From Catajapyx aquilonaris (Eukaryota): a stretch of DNA of 64,000 bases. Shown in pieces: positions 17,439-32,316 of this stretch. The notes under the pieces are model-generated. The model worked only from the letters and a program-made list of their open reading frames with translations. It made no database searches and was not told the DNA's origin. Position 1 is the stretch's first letter. The number at the start of each line of letters is the position of its first letter. Made by a program: the position numbers and the translations under genes. The stretch is taken from contig JYFJ02001687.1 of assembly GCA_000934665.2 (NCBI GenBank), forward strand, positions 1 to 64,000, in the 5' to 3' direction.

Positions 17439-20400
17439 CTGTAAAGGCAGGCAGATACCAGGAAAGACTGACAACTCTTTTTCTATACCATGAAGCTCAA
17501 TTAAGTGCTAACTGAAGTTACATATATGTTATGCCAGAAGCAAGAAAGTATGCAATAATGCCCTCTAAATGGTAGTTTAACTTCCACGAAGAATTAAGAG
17601 AGTTTCATCATTTGCCAATAAATAGTATTGCAATACACAATGGACAAGTTTTGCTTATTCATGTTGACTATAGTGAATCTAATCTGTGAAAAATGTGATT
17701 GGTGCAACTTGCTTGTTATTATGACTTGCATTACTGGTATATATTTACTGGCTGAGCAACCATTCAATTATATTGAGTATACTCTCAGAAATGATATAGT
17801 GATGGCTGAATAGTATTTATTAATATTTACTAATATATCATCACTGCTGCATGAATGGTGTATAGTATTTTCGATTAGGACCTAATTATTGCTAATGGAC
17901 TTTCTTAAAGTCGCCTTTTAAATATTAATACGTCCTCGAATTCAAACCGATTTTTAAAGTGACATCTTCATAGAGACTCTTGCAGGAAAATATATTTCTA
18001 AATCAAATCCAGAAAGATCTTCCACAATACCCATTTTCAAGGTTAGTTACCTTCCCTGACTTTATGACAGCTCCAAAAGTTTTATCCACACCGGTTCTTT
18101 TCCTCAGCACAGTGATACTCATGCTGTGCCGTTTTCCCTCCTGAGGGACCCGTAATTAGTTAGGTGAACATTGGGCCAACCCCTTCAAATATTCCACCTT
18201 TTGTGGTATCCTCCCTTCTTCCCCCCACCTCCAAATCACCCCTTGCCCCCACCTTTAGGCACAGCAGGTTGTATAAATTAGGTTCTTATCAAAGCCCTCT
18301 TATAAATTGATACTCGTTAAAAAGCTTAGACATCTCGTGCAGTGAGTTTTTTCATTTGGCACCATGGAAGTGTTCGGCACCCTTTAAGACAGACGGTGGC
18401 CCCCTCTTTTTATGATGATTTTTCTTTGGGCTAGGGCTTTATAATGATGAGCTCTATAAAAGTGAATGGACTAATAGCACCCTCTTGATCCGCTGCCTGG
18501 TGACTAAACCTGTATTCACAGGGCGAGCGTCTTGTTTATTCCCTGTGTAGAATGTTCGGATGCCGTCTAAGGCAATTAGCATGGCGCACCTGTCACGGAT
18601 GAGTTGTGTTTTTTTTTTCCGTGGGTTAAAGGCATGGGAAGTGTGGGGTGGGAGGATTTGCATCAGTAGTCCTCGCCGGGACTCGAACCCGGACTTCAGG
18701 CTTGTAGTGCCAGTGTCCTTCCGTTTAGACTACGAGGGCTGCTGGTCAGGTATATGGGAAGTTTGGTGTTTGAGGTACAGTACATGCGCGTGCTATTTTG
18801 AGAACTCATTTACGCTTTTGTATATTTGCGTGGTGGGGAAATCTTAAAATTCTGGTTGTAATTATTATTCGTGTGCAGTTATACTGTATAGAATAACACT
18901 ACGCAACACGATATTTGTCCATGGAAATTCATCGTCATATTCGTGTTCCTTAGGTCACAAGTAACTCATAATGGGCATTCATTTGGTCTTTGATTGGTTT
19001 TTGACCTCGGGGCAGTCAAAAAAGAAAAGAAAAACCAAAGTCCTCAAATATAGCAGTTTTTTCCCAATCAAGTGGGCCTAAATGTTGCTAAAACATCTCG
19101 GGTTGTTTCTGAAAATAGTCACAGCTGTACACACCTATGCCGTAACACTGCACATCAAGTTTCACCAAAATTGCGAAATACCGTGGGGAGTGAAAATATC
19201 GCGAAATTTTGAAAATGGGGCTTTTATTGGATAATTTTTTCCGGTTATTGGAAGTGGTCAAAACCTAATCAACATATACATCAAATGAAAGATAAACGCG
19301 AGTAGAATGCGACTGTGGAATGTGTTTTTCCGTAAAATTCACTAAGAAAGACATGACTGTGTGGCATTTCATCAGTCACATGTCCAAGAATTTGGCTCCA
19401 TTAAAATTAATGGTAATTCGGCAAACATATCCTATTATTTTCTCGCGAGCCATGCATGACCCAGGATTGAAACTGAAAATATTGAATCTTGTATGAGTCA
19501 CAACTCCTGTCACCAAATATGGCTGCTCTTACGCAAATACATTACTAATTTTCGGGGTCTAAACACTTGGACATGTTACTGAGCATGTGACCGATGGAAT
19601 GCCACCCATGTTTTTCTGAGTGAATTTTCGAGAGAAACAAATTACATAGGCGCATTCTACTCACGTTTCCCTTTCAGTTGATGTATATATTGATTGGATT
19701 TTGACCACTTCCAATAACAGAAAAATATTATCCAAAACAGGCCCCAATAACAGGAAAATATTATCCAAAACAGGCCCCATTTTCAAAAAAAAAACAAAAT
19801 CCCTCCCCACGGTATTTCGCAATTTGTCTCAAACTTGATATACAGTGTTACGGCATAGGTGTGTACAGCTGCGAGAAAAATCCGAGATGGTCTAGCAACA
19901 TTTAGGCCCACTTGATTGGGAAAAAACTGCTATATTTGAGGACTTTGGTTTTTTGACTGCCCCGAGGTCAAAACAAATCAACGACAAAATGAATGCCCAT
20001 TATGAGTTACTTGTGACCTAAGGAACACGAATATGACGATGAATTTCCATGGACAAAGAAATGTCAAATTTTGTAATTAGTGAAACTGTGCTGGTGATAA
20101 ACTTGATGATGCAGACGTTATTTTATATCCAAAAGAGGTGCGGAACCATTTTTCTAATACCGGTACTTTAAAAAAGAAGAAGAAAAAAAACCTTTCAGTA
20201 AGTGATAATCACATGTTGACAGTTCTGGCGCAAAGCATGGTGTTTTTAACAACACATCAGCAAGTACGCCTGTTTAGCCTCTCGCATACACACCCTTGTC
20301 ATTATTTATCAAAATGAACTTATTACGGTTCTTGGCATCAATGTGAAAGGTGCACAAGAAGTGATAGGTATACCGTGAGGAAATAGTGCTTAAATATTAT

Positions 20401-21822
20401 TTTTCTGGTCATTAGTAGATGGTCCTTATACTAGAACCTATATATAACACCTCATTCGGGGGGGGGGGGGATTACTTTGGAATAATTTATAGGCCTACTC
20501 GTAATTAAAACTGCAGTCACGGTCTGGCAGTAAGGTATTTAAATTTCTGTTTTAAGAGGATTGCAAAAATTATTTTGTAATTGCACTAAGAAAATGGCAT
20601 ATATTCATTCATCGTTGAAATCGGAGGCAGAGTTTTGCATGAGATAAATTATTTCTGTCAAATCATGAAAATGTCTGTGGTATAATAGGCGAGTTAACTG
20701 CAGACTAGTAGTATACCGGACCAATAATAATAATCAGCGGTCTAATATCCTATTGTCAGGTGCTGTGACCTGTCAGATTATTTGAAAATGGAAACTACAA
20801 AAAGTCAACTGCTCTAATAGGCCTATGCTATATGCTGCTACTGGTTATTATGGGTTGAATTCTTTTACTACTGGTCTTTGTGACATTTTATTGAGAGTAA
20901 GCACACTTGCTAAAACACACATTAAAACTGGTAAGATATCAATTACAGTTGATTTTAAACTTTTTTGTCGAGAAATAAGGGAGTCCCGTATCCTACAGTA
21001 TATTCCATGCCCCAGCAGTTCTTTTTGCGTCAACAGGTGGCTCTGTCTGCCTGTTCTGGGACACCCAAGTTGGATCGTAAACATGTGGTCAAGTGCCTGT
21101 ACTACGGCCAAGGAGCTACGGCTGCCTCCAAATTCTTCAAAGCAAACGGGGAGCGGGAAACCTACCCTACTGAATTTATTTTTATACTGACAAGAAAAAA
21201 ACCAAATAAGACATACCAATATTTCATGCCATGACATTCAAATAATATCTGTACGGTACTGAACCAAACTGATACAATCACCGCGTTTTGCGGTACACGG
21301 TTTGCCAGACTAGATGGCTAACAATTCATTGCATTCTAGATGTGATGTCTGAAGAAATCCTGGTATTTCAGAACCGAAGATTGCATACTTCAAAATCACT
21401 CACCTAATTATAGAGTAGCCCAATACTCACGTTGAAAGTCAATAACTGAAGGCCATTTAATTATTCCAATGTTTGCTTTTCCTGTGAGTAAGTGATAAAA
21501 GTTTTACTCATTGTTCACTCGCACACAGAAATGCAAACTTTGCACATTGATATTCGCCATGTACCATACGTGGGTGAAGTTTATTGTTTGATAAGTACTT
21601 GCTAATAAATGCGCAGCAAGCTTGTAAAAGTCAACAAAATAGCGAGTAGGTCTATTAACAAATGTACTTCATTATGTGCCTACTTATTAACGATTGTTAA
21701 CCTGCACATTCTAAACGGACAGTTATTCACCTCTATGTGTGAGCTCGACATCTCGCAATGTGTCACGAAAATAATCACGCGCATGACAAACACGTTATAA
21801 AACATGATGTTTATTGTTATTG

Positions 21823-21885
<63 letters not shown>

Positions 21886-23219
21886 GTCAGCCGCCTCCAG
21901 CAGAGATCCCAAGAAACAGGTGCGGTGGTCTGGTGTTACAAAAAGGACCTACATGGTTCATCGCTGTGTGCGGCCACAAATAGCATGTAATCATGTCGAC
22001 ATTCAAATTTGTTAATCAATTAACACGATAACAGATGAGCCAGGAAATCTATTTGCGTCCCCCCTTTTTCTTCTGTTCTGAAAATGGCCCATGTGTTTAA
22101 TGACAGGGGGGGGGGGTTGACGCCTCCGGCCTTTTTCAGCGCCACCTTAGAATGAAGGATATAATTTATAATTTCGCAGGAATGCACGGCCCTCGGCCCA
22201 TTTTTTTTTCTTCTTTCTTATTCTCTCTCCCCAATTCTCTTTCTCTAAATGGGTAAAAACCCCCCCACCTTTTTTCCACCTCCCGCTGCCAGTGAACAAG
22301 GAATTGACTAGAAAATAACAAGTTACCAGTAGAAAACAGGCAATTTGTTCGGAACGGGTTTTATTGAAAAGCGCAACTCTTCACTACTAAATTCGGCTAA
22401 CATATGACTATAGAGTTGAGGATTTGCATGACACACTTGGCAGTTTGGAGCAACCCGAAGAGAGTAGATTACATACGTTATCAGTTATCACTAGGGTGAA
22501 ACCGATGTTGGTGTTGACGGGTGTCCATCGGTTACAGGTGGGGGCATGAGAAGAATAGGCGTGGGAAACGCAAAGATGGTGTGGGAGGGTAGAATGGCAT
22601 GTGGGCGGCTCCTGACCAAACGCGCAAGAAGCCGTCCTCCATGGTATGGGGTGTAGATGAAATGGGGAGGAAGAGCAGTGCCTCCCCCACCTGCCCACCC
22701 TACTTCTACAGCCACAAAAAGCTCACGACCCTGGTAATTAGCCACTTGTTCACCATTTCCTTTGGCCTTTTTCACGCATCTCATTTCAACTTCTATTCTT
22801 CCCAACAACTGAGCAAACATCTCTACACTCCCACCTTCCACCCTCCTCCCTACATACACACATACACACGCACGCCATTCTTGTCTCTCTTCTTTCTTTT
22901 TTTTTTTTTTGAGGCCCAGGGCTTTTCAATTTGGATGGTTATGGAGGAGGGAGAGGCATCCTTAATGACTAGTTGAGCCAGGCAATATGGGATCTCTTCC
23001 ATCATCGCTCGAGTAAACTGAAGAGACGTCACGTCATTCAGGAGTGGAAATGGTGTTGGAGAGAATGGAGGGCCAAAAATTCACATGCATGCAGAATGCT
23101 AATAAGTCGGAAGCGAATAGTTTGCTTTGGACACGACCGGAAGGATATAAGCATGACGTGTTATTAATTCACCACAATAAGATTATGCATTTATATATGA
23201 GCACGGTTATGATTCCTTT

Positions 23220-23287
<68 letters not shown>

Positions 23288-26200
23288 TGTTGGAGAATAT
23301 TTTAGAATGCCAATAATCGTAAAGAAACTCTGACGCGTAATATGTTGCGGTGTCATATGCAGTATAGGAAATATAATATATGAAAGTGATCATACAAGAG
23401 ACCTTCGCACCAACTCAAAAAATAAGCATGACCGTGTATGGCCTACTTAAAATGTAAACTAAATGGCCGGTAACAAAGTCAGCTCGTCTAACCCTCTGTG
23501 TAATGTTTATCAAGAATCGCTCTTTAAGATTTCCCGCCTCTTCTGACATTGGTGACATTTGTTATCAACATTTCCCACAAATATTTACTTTCTGCAATGT
23601 AAGATAGGTTTGTCCGTGGTCAAGGTGGCCACAATAAACTGTTTGCAAAACATCATCGCAACCGGAATAATTTATGTATAGCAGATAGAAGATATATGCC
23701 ACTGGATGCTTCCGCAATGCTTCTTCAAGAATATTCCGCCAATACATGTATAGCAGTTATGAAAATCGCTGGCACGTATCATATATGCTTACTAATAAAC
23801 ATGGCAGAACAACCCAGGACTTGCGGCAAACAAGATTGCATTATTATGAGCGAGAAAGGTGGCGTAAATCATTGTGACCTACACTACCTTATACTTTCTC
23901 GAGTAATATAGTTTTTCTCCAGAGTTATTTGTCTAATGTGTTCTACACCCAAAAATAAAATAATAGTCTTTTGCGTGCAAATCGACTGTCACATTCCGAA
24001 TGCAAGTGATCGAAGCTATGTAGCATATATTGTTGTAAACAGAAATGCCAAGATGCCGTAACACTTTGCCGTAACAGTTGGTGAGTAATTAACACTCAAA
24101 TTAACGCTTATGGGGATTGAAAGAACCGGCAATGAAATACATTATCATGCAATAGACTAATTAATTACTGTCAACCCAAGTATTTTAAAATCATCCATTT
24201 CAGCACCTACAAGAAGGTACACATTATCGCGTGAGGTATACATTAATAAAAGCAGAAATTTTTACATTATTTTTCCCTGTGTATCATTATTGGGAGACAT
24301 TCTCCGCTTCATTCCTTAAAAAGCAATTATCATAACCTCGTAGTCCAGAATTGGCAGACCTAAGTTAGATTCGACAAGAAAAATTAATTTGGCTATATGG
24401 TCATTATCATGCTCATCAACTGCCTGTCCTGATAATTAGCTTCATGATACAACTAGTACATATAAATAAGGCAACAGCGACACTTAAAAAATATTAGCAT
24501 AGGCACAACAAAGCCCACAAGAGTCTCTCTCAGCAAGTACAGCCCAGAATATTGACACACGAGCCGACAAGGCAAACACCCCGAACAATATGAAGATGCT
24601 TCCAATGCTAATAAGTGGTTGGACAGAAAGTGCCTGATCACGCCTACCTGACTTGACAGAGCAGTGAATATGAGCTCTGGACTCATAGTAGACCCAGTCG
24701 AAGCCAGCCTCGACCGCCAAGCGAGCCAGCATGCCATACTTGGCGCGATCTCGGTCCGACGTGGTGATGTCCACTGCTCGACCCTCATAGTGGAGGCTGT
24801 CCACTGCATGGTGACCCTCCTCATCCCAACCTTCTGTCACACGCAGCTTCACACCAGGCCACTGGTTCATCACAGAGATGGCCAGGGTGTTCAGCTTCTC
24901 TTTGCACCGCTGAAAATATGTTGCAATCATTAGATAACAACAATAACACTATAGGTGGTCATAACTGCAATCAATTTAACTCAAGTGCCGAAAGTTGATA
25001 TTTTGAGTTCCGAAAGAAACCCTCTGTTTGTTACCGCGGACCCAACCACTTTTAGCCCTCAGCGGGATTCACAAGAGAAAACCCAAGGATTTTGAAGACT
25101 CCGGAATGTCTCGCTTTGTCCTTCCCATGTCCACCGCCGTCCTGTCAACAATCCTCCTGATTTTAGAAGATAAATAATTAGACCTATACCGGGTGGTCCT
25201 TGCCTTCTTTCACGCGCTTGTAACAAGTAGGCCATCCAATCCATGCAAAAGCACTACTGATAATCACTTTCACATAGACTAGATTCGTATTTAATCTGCA
25301 TAACCAGGCAGGACCACCCAGCACATTAGCCAACTTTTTTTTTTCTGTATAAAACCATAAAGCAAGATGCTGAGGAATCTGTAGTGTACCGGTACCGGCC
25401 AGAAGTGTGCAAGTGGCAAACGAGGATGGTGCGGGTTGTTTCAAGACAGGCGTCACAACGTTTGAGGCGGAGGTTTTGCCGCAACTCGTCCCTCATTCAT
25501 CATCGAAAGAATATACATCTTCTCGGCGGGGATTGGAGGGGTATAGGGGGGGGGGGGGNTAAATTACCAGCTGTCTACCTAGCCCACCTAGTCCTGCCAA
25601 CCGGTTGCAACCAAATTACAGAACCTATGAGTGTTCGGACCAGCGCCGTTATCAGAATTCTGGCGGCTTTCTTGACAGGCCCCACGTCAAAGCAAGGAAC
25701 TAAACGTCACACTTCCTTCTCAAAGGTCGACTCGGTCCTGACGTGCCGCCCTATTCCTATGGACCTCTACTAATAGCTGTCGTCTTTCTTTCTCATTCAG
25801 CTACATGGCGTCAGATGGTATTTTTTCTCCTTTATACTTTGAAATGTAATACATGCATGCTCTACAGGACTTTAGAATTATCATCAAGCATATATAGGGT
25901 ACATCACGTGTGAAGTAATTATTTGGGTGAGGAATGTGTATTACGTGCTAGTTGTTACCACAATATATGAAGCTGCATGAGCAGCACCACGGCAAACTCC
26001 AACTTGCTTTCTGGTTGGATATTATACAGTATAACTATTATTGACAATAATTTCAGAGAACGCCTCTTTTACAATGAATGTATACCAAATAATCCTTGGC
26101 ATCTGGTATGTGGATGTATCAATACCGGTTTAAAAACCTAAATGGGAAGTGAAAGTTAACTTGGAGAGGAGAAATCCGTCCAGGCTGTGATCTCAGGTTC

Positions 26201-29200
26201 AATGAATGTAGTTCCTCATTGGAAACGCATATATGAACACTTGGTAAGGATCAGCCTACTTCTATAGATTTTACTCACTCTACATGCGTCCATCTGCAGT
26301 TATATCAAGTAACTCCTGGTTCATGAAGCAGTAATTCATAAAGAGAAAATCCAGGTCACGCAAATGTTCGTTGATATTTGTTTTACGTATGACACTAGAT
26401 TCGCCACAAATGGCTACTTCGGACAAGAATGTTTTATGATTTTGCGTCATGAAATCTACTGCGTCTGATGAAAAAACACGTGTGTGCATAAGGTTATAGT
26501 CTATCAGAACGCAAAGTAAATATTTATCCGAAAATGTGGGATAGCCCGTACTAATAAGTGAGGACGAGAGGGAGTTATGTTGTATATACGGTGTATTTCT
26601 ATAACAAAAAAGGAGGCTCTCAGCAGCCTCTGGATAGACAATCTTGCTAAATGTGGGACCCCTACTGTAGAAAATGTTTATAAATTGGGTCAAGGCCAGT
26701 ACGTATTCAGTAAGACAAACGCAATTACGGCCATTACATGTTGTATACTAACAAGAGCCATCTTTGCAGCACTAAAGGTATTTAAAAAAACTTTCAGCCA
26801 AACGTATATCCTAGCGCTATACAACAATCAGCACTCTACACACAAGCGTAATCTTGGCGAATACTGATAAATCGTCAATGAAAATCAACATTTTCATAGA
26901 GATCTTCGACTCTATATATATCCATGTCCATGACGCAAGAGTATACTCCAGTACAGACCACAAGGTTACACATCCAGCCTAAAGTAACAGTGATTTATGA
27001 GTCACCCCACCTTAATAGTATGCTACAGAATAAACACCACTACTTAGTTTGTGAAGACCCTGTCAGAGTGAGACGGATCTGTTGGGCAATGAAAACGGCG
27101 GAGAGGACGAATAAAGGGATGTGAATGATGTGCAGTGTCACACCGACTCAGTCGGAGCGGAGCAGAAGCGAAGCGGACATTTCCGATCAGGGCAGCCCAA
27201 TTTTTCACCGCGTCCGTGCCAGACCACTCAAAGAAAGGAACGTGTCGACTGTCTTGACAGATTGGACTGCTGATGGAGGGAATGGATATCTGCTCTTGAC
27301 ATTTAGAGCTCCCCATGCTATTTGGTTAAGAGCTAAGACACTGGGATGATCACTGCAGAAGTCGGAGGATTTCCGAAATGTACCGTATTTATAATATTAC
27401 AATAATTATATATTTAATTGGTAATCACAAGAAATGTTGTCTTCAAATGTTGCATTATTTGGTTGGGTTGTACTATGGGGCTCTAATTGTTTTGGCCACT
27501 TTATCCTGGTCTTCACACACACTCTTAGCCGTGGGGCCTGTGCGAATGGTTGCTTCAATACCAGGATAAAGTGGCCAAAACAATTTGAGCCCCATATACC
27601 TGAGCCTATTGGAATGTGGATGCGATGAGGGCGGGATGGAAGTGAAAGAGTGGGACGGTTTGTATTCCAAACATGGCGGCCAATTACACCTTGGCTTGAA
27701 ATCTACAAGGCAACGTTGCCAAGGGGGTTGGACCTAAGCACTAAATACGACGGCCCAGTACATCGCTTATAAATCATCATACTACATACAGGTTAAAGGG
27801 CCTGTTTATGGTGAGCCTGGGGCAAGCAAGGGCAGAGGCCAGGTGTGTAAGGGCGGGACCTGGACAAGGATTATAGTGGAAGAAGCCAATGGTGTTACTT
27901 TTAGAGCGTAGATTGGCAGGTATCAACAAGGTTACTGGAGGTAGCGGTATTAATTTATTAGTCAGAAATTAATCTTCATATTTTGCTACTTTCCCTATCA
28001 GTGGTTGCCGAAAGGTAGTCTCCACCCACTTGCCACCTCAGAAATGCAAAAAAGTAGCACATTTCAGCTCCTGCCAATGAGAAAATGCAGTATAGTAATT
28101 ATAAAATATTTCACACTAATTATGGAGAGAATAATACTTTCGCAGGAGGTACTAATTAGGTACTTGCAGCCTTACTTTGACTAAGCACTATATTTATCAA
28201 CACCCTATATGCTTACGCTGTCCATCAACCACGATGGGGACCCACTGCTGAGACAGTTGGCCGTAAGAGATGCGACAAATAATGCCTTTTATGTGGTGGA
28301 TATTACACGTTTAGAACCCCCCCAAAAAAAGTCAAGTAACCAGCTTGCTGAGAGTTGCCTGGCGGCGAACAGCCTACTCAGAGTAGTGATTTAGCATTTT
28401 CCTAAAGTTCACAACAAGACAGCCCCCCTCTTTTTATGACCTCTCATCAGTTGACCACTCTCATAGTGGCCATTGTCGCCAAATATGTCACATTAATATT
28501 TTTTTTTAAAAAAGGTAACACCTGCTTCTAACGTGAGCAAATGATAAGTGCGATTGGTCGTAAGAAAGAGAGTTGGGTATAAGAGGGATGAGAATAAGAC
28601 CCAAAGAGCCCCGTATAGGGTACTTAGCCAGCGGCAAAGAATGACCGAGGTGTTTTGTTTGGAATATAATCACCATTTCTTTACACCCGCTGCCCCTGGG
28701 GTTCAATTTTGTTCGCCTTGATTGTTTTTAACAGCCGGTCGGGAGCTTTTGCGGTACGTCATGAACAGACCGGCTTCCAATACAACGGCTCAGAAAGGGG
28801 GAAAACATCTCGGCTGTCATTTACTCTGTCATTTTTTTAATGATCTCCTTCCGGCACTAGGGGGAGAAATACTATTGATAAATAATGGGTGTACAAGAGG
28901 AGTGCAGTTAGAGTTAGTTTTTATGGCCTTACTTTGATTGTGTGTTTCAATGTGGATGGCAAATTAATACTTATCGGGTGTATTTTTAGCGGATAAAATG
29001 CAGACAATCTTGGACAGGGTGATAATGCTTATAAAAATGTAATTAAGTGGTGACGCAAATATTTTTCAGGCGATGCGCGTTTAGTGGTGTGGTATGTGGT
29101 TAATTTAGGCTAATAGTTAGCGAATTACAATAGTTATTGCCACATTATTTTCTGCTGCATAATGCATGTCGTAAACAGAAAGTACCTTTTAAAACCCCTG

Positions 29201-32200
29201 ACCTTCTGGGGTGAAATATGTAGACCTATACTAATAGTTTCTTGTGATAATTTTTTATCAGTTTTATTTACCCACAGTAGCTACAAAAATCACTGTTTTA
29301 AATTCCACATTTAACAATTTAGAATGTGCCAAGTACATTATTCACTCACACAATTTACACAAATGAGCAAAGTTATTTAATACAAAATTGTCAAAATGAC
29401 ACTTTTTTCTTGTAGTCAGTAAAAATACCTCTTCACACTATACTCAAGGGTGACTCCGACAAAAGTACGAGTACAAAGGAAGATTATCGTTAACGGCTGT
29501 AAACCTCATTTATAAAGTATATCCAGGGAGTTAGTGAACCTTCAAATTACTTCCACTTTTTTGATACGTTGGGAGTTTTCCAACAGTTGCCTCGATGATG
29601 GGTTGCAAACTTTAATTATATACCCAATTAAAAACCTGAGAACAAATCGGTCCATTTAAAATTTGCCTGCCGTCACGTTTAACCTATCAACACCAGACCT
29701 CGATTTATGGAGAGTGGCACAACTTCATGGGAGAGAACACGCCCGGAATAGTTTATTTGAGGTCAGGCAGAGATAGCTCATATAGAAATACATAAACATT
29801 AACATCTGCAGTATAGTTCACTAAATCTTGACCATCTGGAAGTGCTTGAGACTTGACATTCAATATTATGTAGGTCCTTGCAAATAAAATTGGTTTTTAC
29901 CGGTAGAGGAAGAGTGTAGAAGGTCATATCAAGCAATTGTTGATAGGAGAGAAAAGTTGGCATCATGCAAGTTTGTGAGGTCCATCACATGTCCAAAGAA
30001 TTGCAAATGCCGCTGTCTGTCTAAAACTCCTTCATTTAAAGTTAAAGAGGATCTCGTTGCAAGTACTTGAGCCGGACCTATAATGCTGCCCATTCTTTTC
30101 AAAGTCATCACATTTAAACTAGTTCCATCTTATGGCCGCCCCCATCAGAGCAATCCACTTGAAATTGTCAATGAGCTTCCTCCTCCTCCTAAAAGCACCC
30201 CCTCGTAAAACCATCATCAGCAAGAGGAGATCCTGATGGCGGCGACAAAGGCCCAACTTGTACAATGCTTATACTTCTGTTGACTATCTTTTGACAAGAA
30301 ATGCATTTCTCCTTCCTAGTGGGGCGGCTCAGGTTTCCTGCTTGCAACTATCCCTCCCCCCCCCCCTTCTTCTCCTCCTCTTCCCTCCCCCCCATGTTGA
30401 CAATGCAGTCCGACCATCTCCTCCCAATAAAGGAAGGCCTAAAATAAACAGCGATCCCATCCCGCATTCCAACATGGGTTCACCCCAAGGAATCCATTAC
30501 CCTGCCAGGAGGGGGGTCGGCACCCTAACCACCACCCATCCAAACCTACCCACCCACCTACTCCCATCCGGCAGGCAGGCGGGCAGGTACGAAAGGGAAA
30601 GGGAGTCAGCTTCTTTTCTATAAGACCAGACCTGGCTGGCTGGTTGGATGGCCTCTGGTTACCAAGTCTTACCCTCCCCTCCCACCTACCCTGGAATCCA
30701 GTCACTTTTCTACTCAGCCTTTTTTGGGGAATTCCTATGGTGCTTCCGGTTGGAAGCTGTTACACTCAATAATATTCAAGTACCAATTGGCTATTGGCAA
30801 AAGTAGTCACCCTAGCAGGACTTTGAGCAGGACTTAGCAACAAAAAAAACTACCCCACCAACAAAAAAACTACCCCACCCTCCTCCCAAATGGTCGCTAA
30901 GAGCCTCTATCCGGTACGCCGCCAAGCCCTCCATATCTCTCATCGATCCTTTAAGAAAAGAAAAAAAAAAGACTCTCGACTGATAACTGTTTGGAAATAT
31001 TTCTCTTTGAGCAAAATCGAGCCTCTCGGCCTTCCACTATCATGCTAATGATGTTCCCCCTAGATAAGTGATTACGGGAGGCCTCCTTTGAAGGCGGTGT
31101 TCCCTTACTAAGTGAATGCTAGTAACTGATTGATTGATGGATTGATTGATTGATGGAGGGTCTGATCCTCAAGGAAACCGTGGCCACTTTCCTGCCTTTT
31201 TATGGATGTGACAACTAGGGGGGGGGAAGTATGGGGACTCCCGAAGTGCAGTACAGGAAGGCGGTGTGTTTGCAACCTCTACTTCTTCAACCATCTTTCA
31301 ATAGACGGCATGCCAACAAATCAATGTGATAAAAACGCCTCTGAAATGAATAGAGGGCGCGCTCGCTCTTCTTTTCGGGGGCGGAGGGGACGAAGAAGCC
31401 GGGGGGGAACTACCGTTGTCCATTGTCAGGCAAGTACAACAGGAGGGTTCGGAGAGGGGTGTTGCTGTCACAACATGGCCGGGGTCTTGTTGAAAAGAGG
31501 CCAATCAGTACCGCAACCACACAGACCGAAAGTCAGATTAGGGGTTCAACGCCAACCTCGCCGAGCTGCCGCCACCGCCTCTGACGAGGGACCACACCTC
31601 CGGAGGATAGGACTGTCGTTGGAGACAAGGGATGATGACATGTTTCCAAATGTTTTGGGATTGTTGATGGAAAACATTTCGATCGTTCTTACCATTGGAA
31701 TTTGCATCGATATTTACAATGTGGATCATGCAACTGACCCTATGTTGGGCCAGGATTCCCATGACTTGATGGGATCCAATGGAGCTTGAGTGACAGGAAG
31801 AGGTTGTTTTCAAGGAGTGCCGCCTGTGTCAATGATGACAGATGTCACGTTACTGATGAAAACACCTGATGGCCCTGATCCTTTCTCAAAAGACAGCGAG
31901 CACCGATTTCAATAGGCTATGGTGGCGACTTAATCTGCCCGAAAAAAAGTGTCTATCTGGTTTCGCCCATAATGCAACGATACTATACCAGAGGAGGGGC
32001 GACACGGTGGCGGAGTGGTTAGCGCCGCAGCCTTCCACCTTCCACCTCCTAAGGTCCCGAGCTCGATCCCCGGGTCGGACGGAGGATTCTTATGTGGATA
32101 GAGTTTCGATGGGTTCTCGCCGTGTTCGCGCGGGTTTTCTCGGGGTTCTCCCGTTGCCTCCCGCTATCAAAATCCATCACAGCGCAGGCAATGATTAAAG

Positions 32201-32250
32201 TCGGTTAAATAAAAAGATGATCCCCTATAAGAGGCCCAGCACGGGGTATC

Positions 32251-32316
<66 letters not shown>

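Noticed and set aside
18440..18472. Hammerhead-ribozyme-like TGATGAG...GAA motif
   Set aside because: The CUGAUGA and GAAA cores are both imperfect, and I could not build stems I and III.
20965..21234. YPTEF peptide reminiscent of Helitron helicase
   Set aside because: The following conserved residues (LNSL..SG.P.H.L) are absent, so it is only a five-residue match.
24484..24647. Hydrophobic C-terminal continuation of the hh exon-2 ORF (possible membrane-anchored HhN isoform)
   Set aside because: It is read-through past the canonical donor into intron 2. There is no evidence for intron retention from sequence alone.
12575..25560. Long G homopolymers with N bases (near 12592 and 25559) as functional G4 elements
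   Set aside because: Ambiguous bases show that the sequence is unreliable at these runs.
31202..31813. 195-aa ORF and antisense ORFs in a GC-rich block
   Set aside because: No recognisable domain or splice context. Possibly decayed retroelement sequence, but not supportable.
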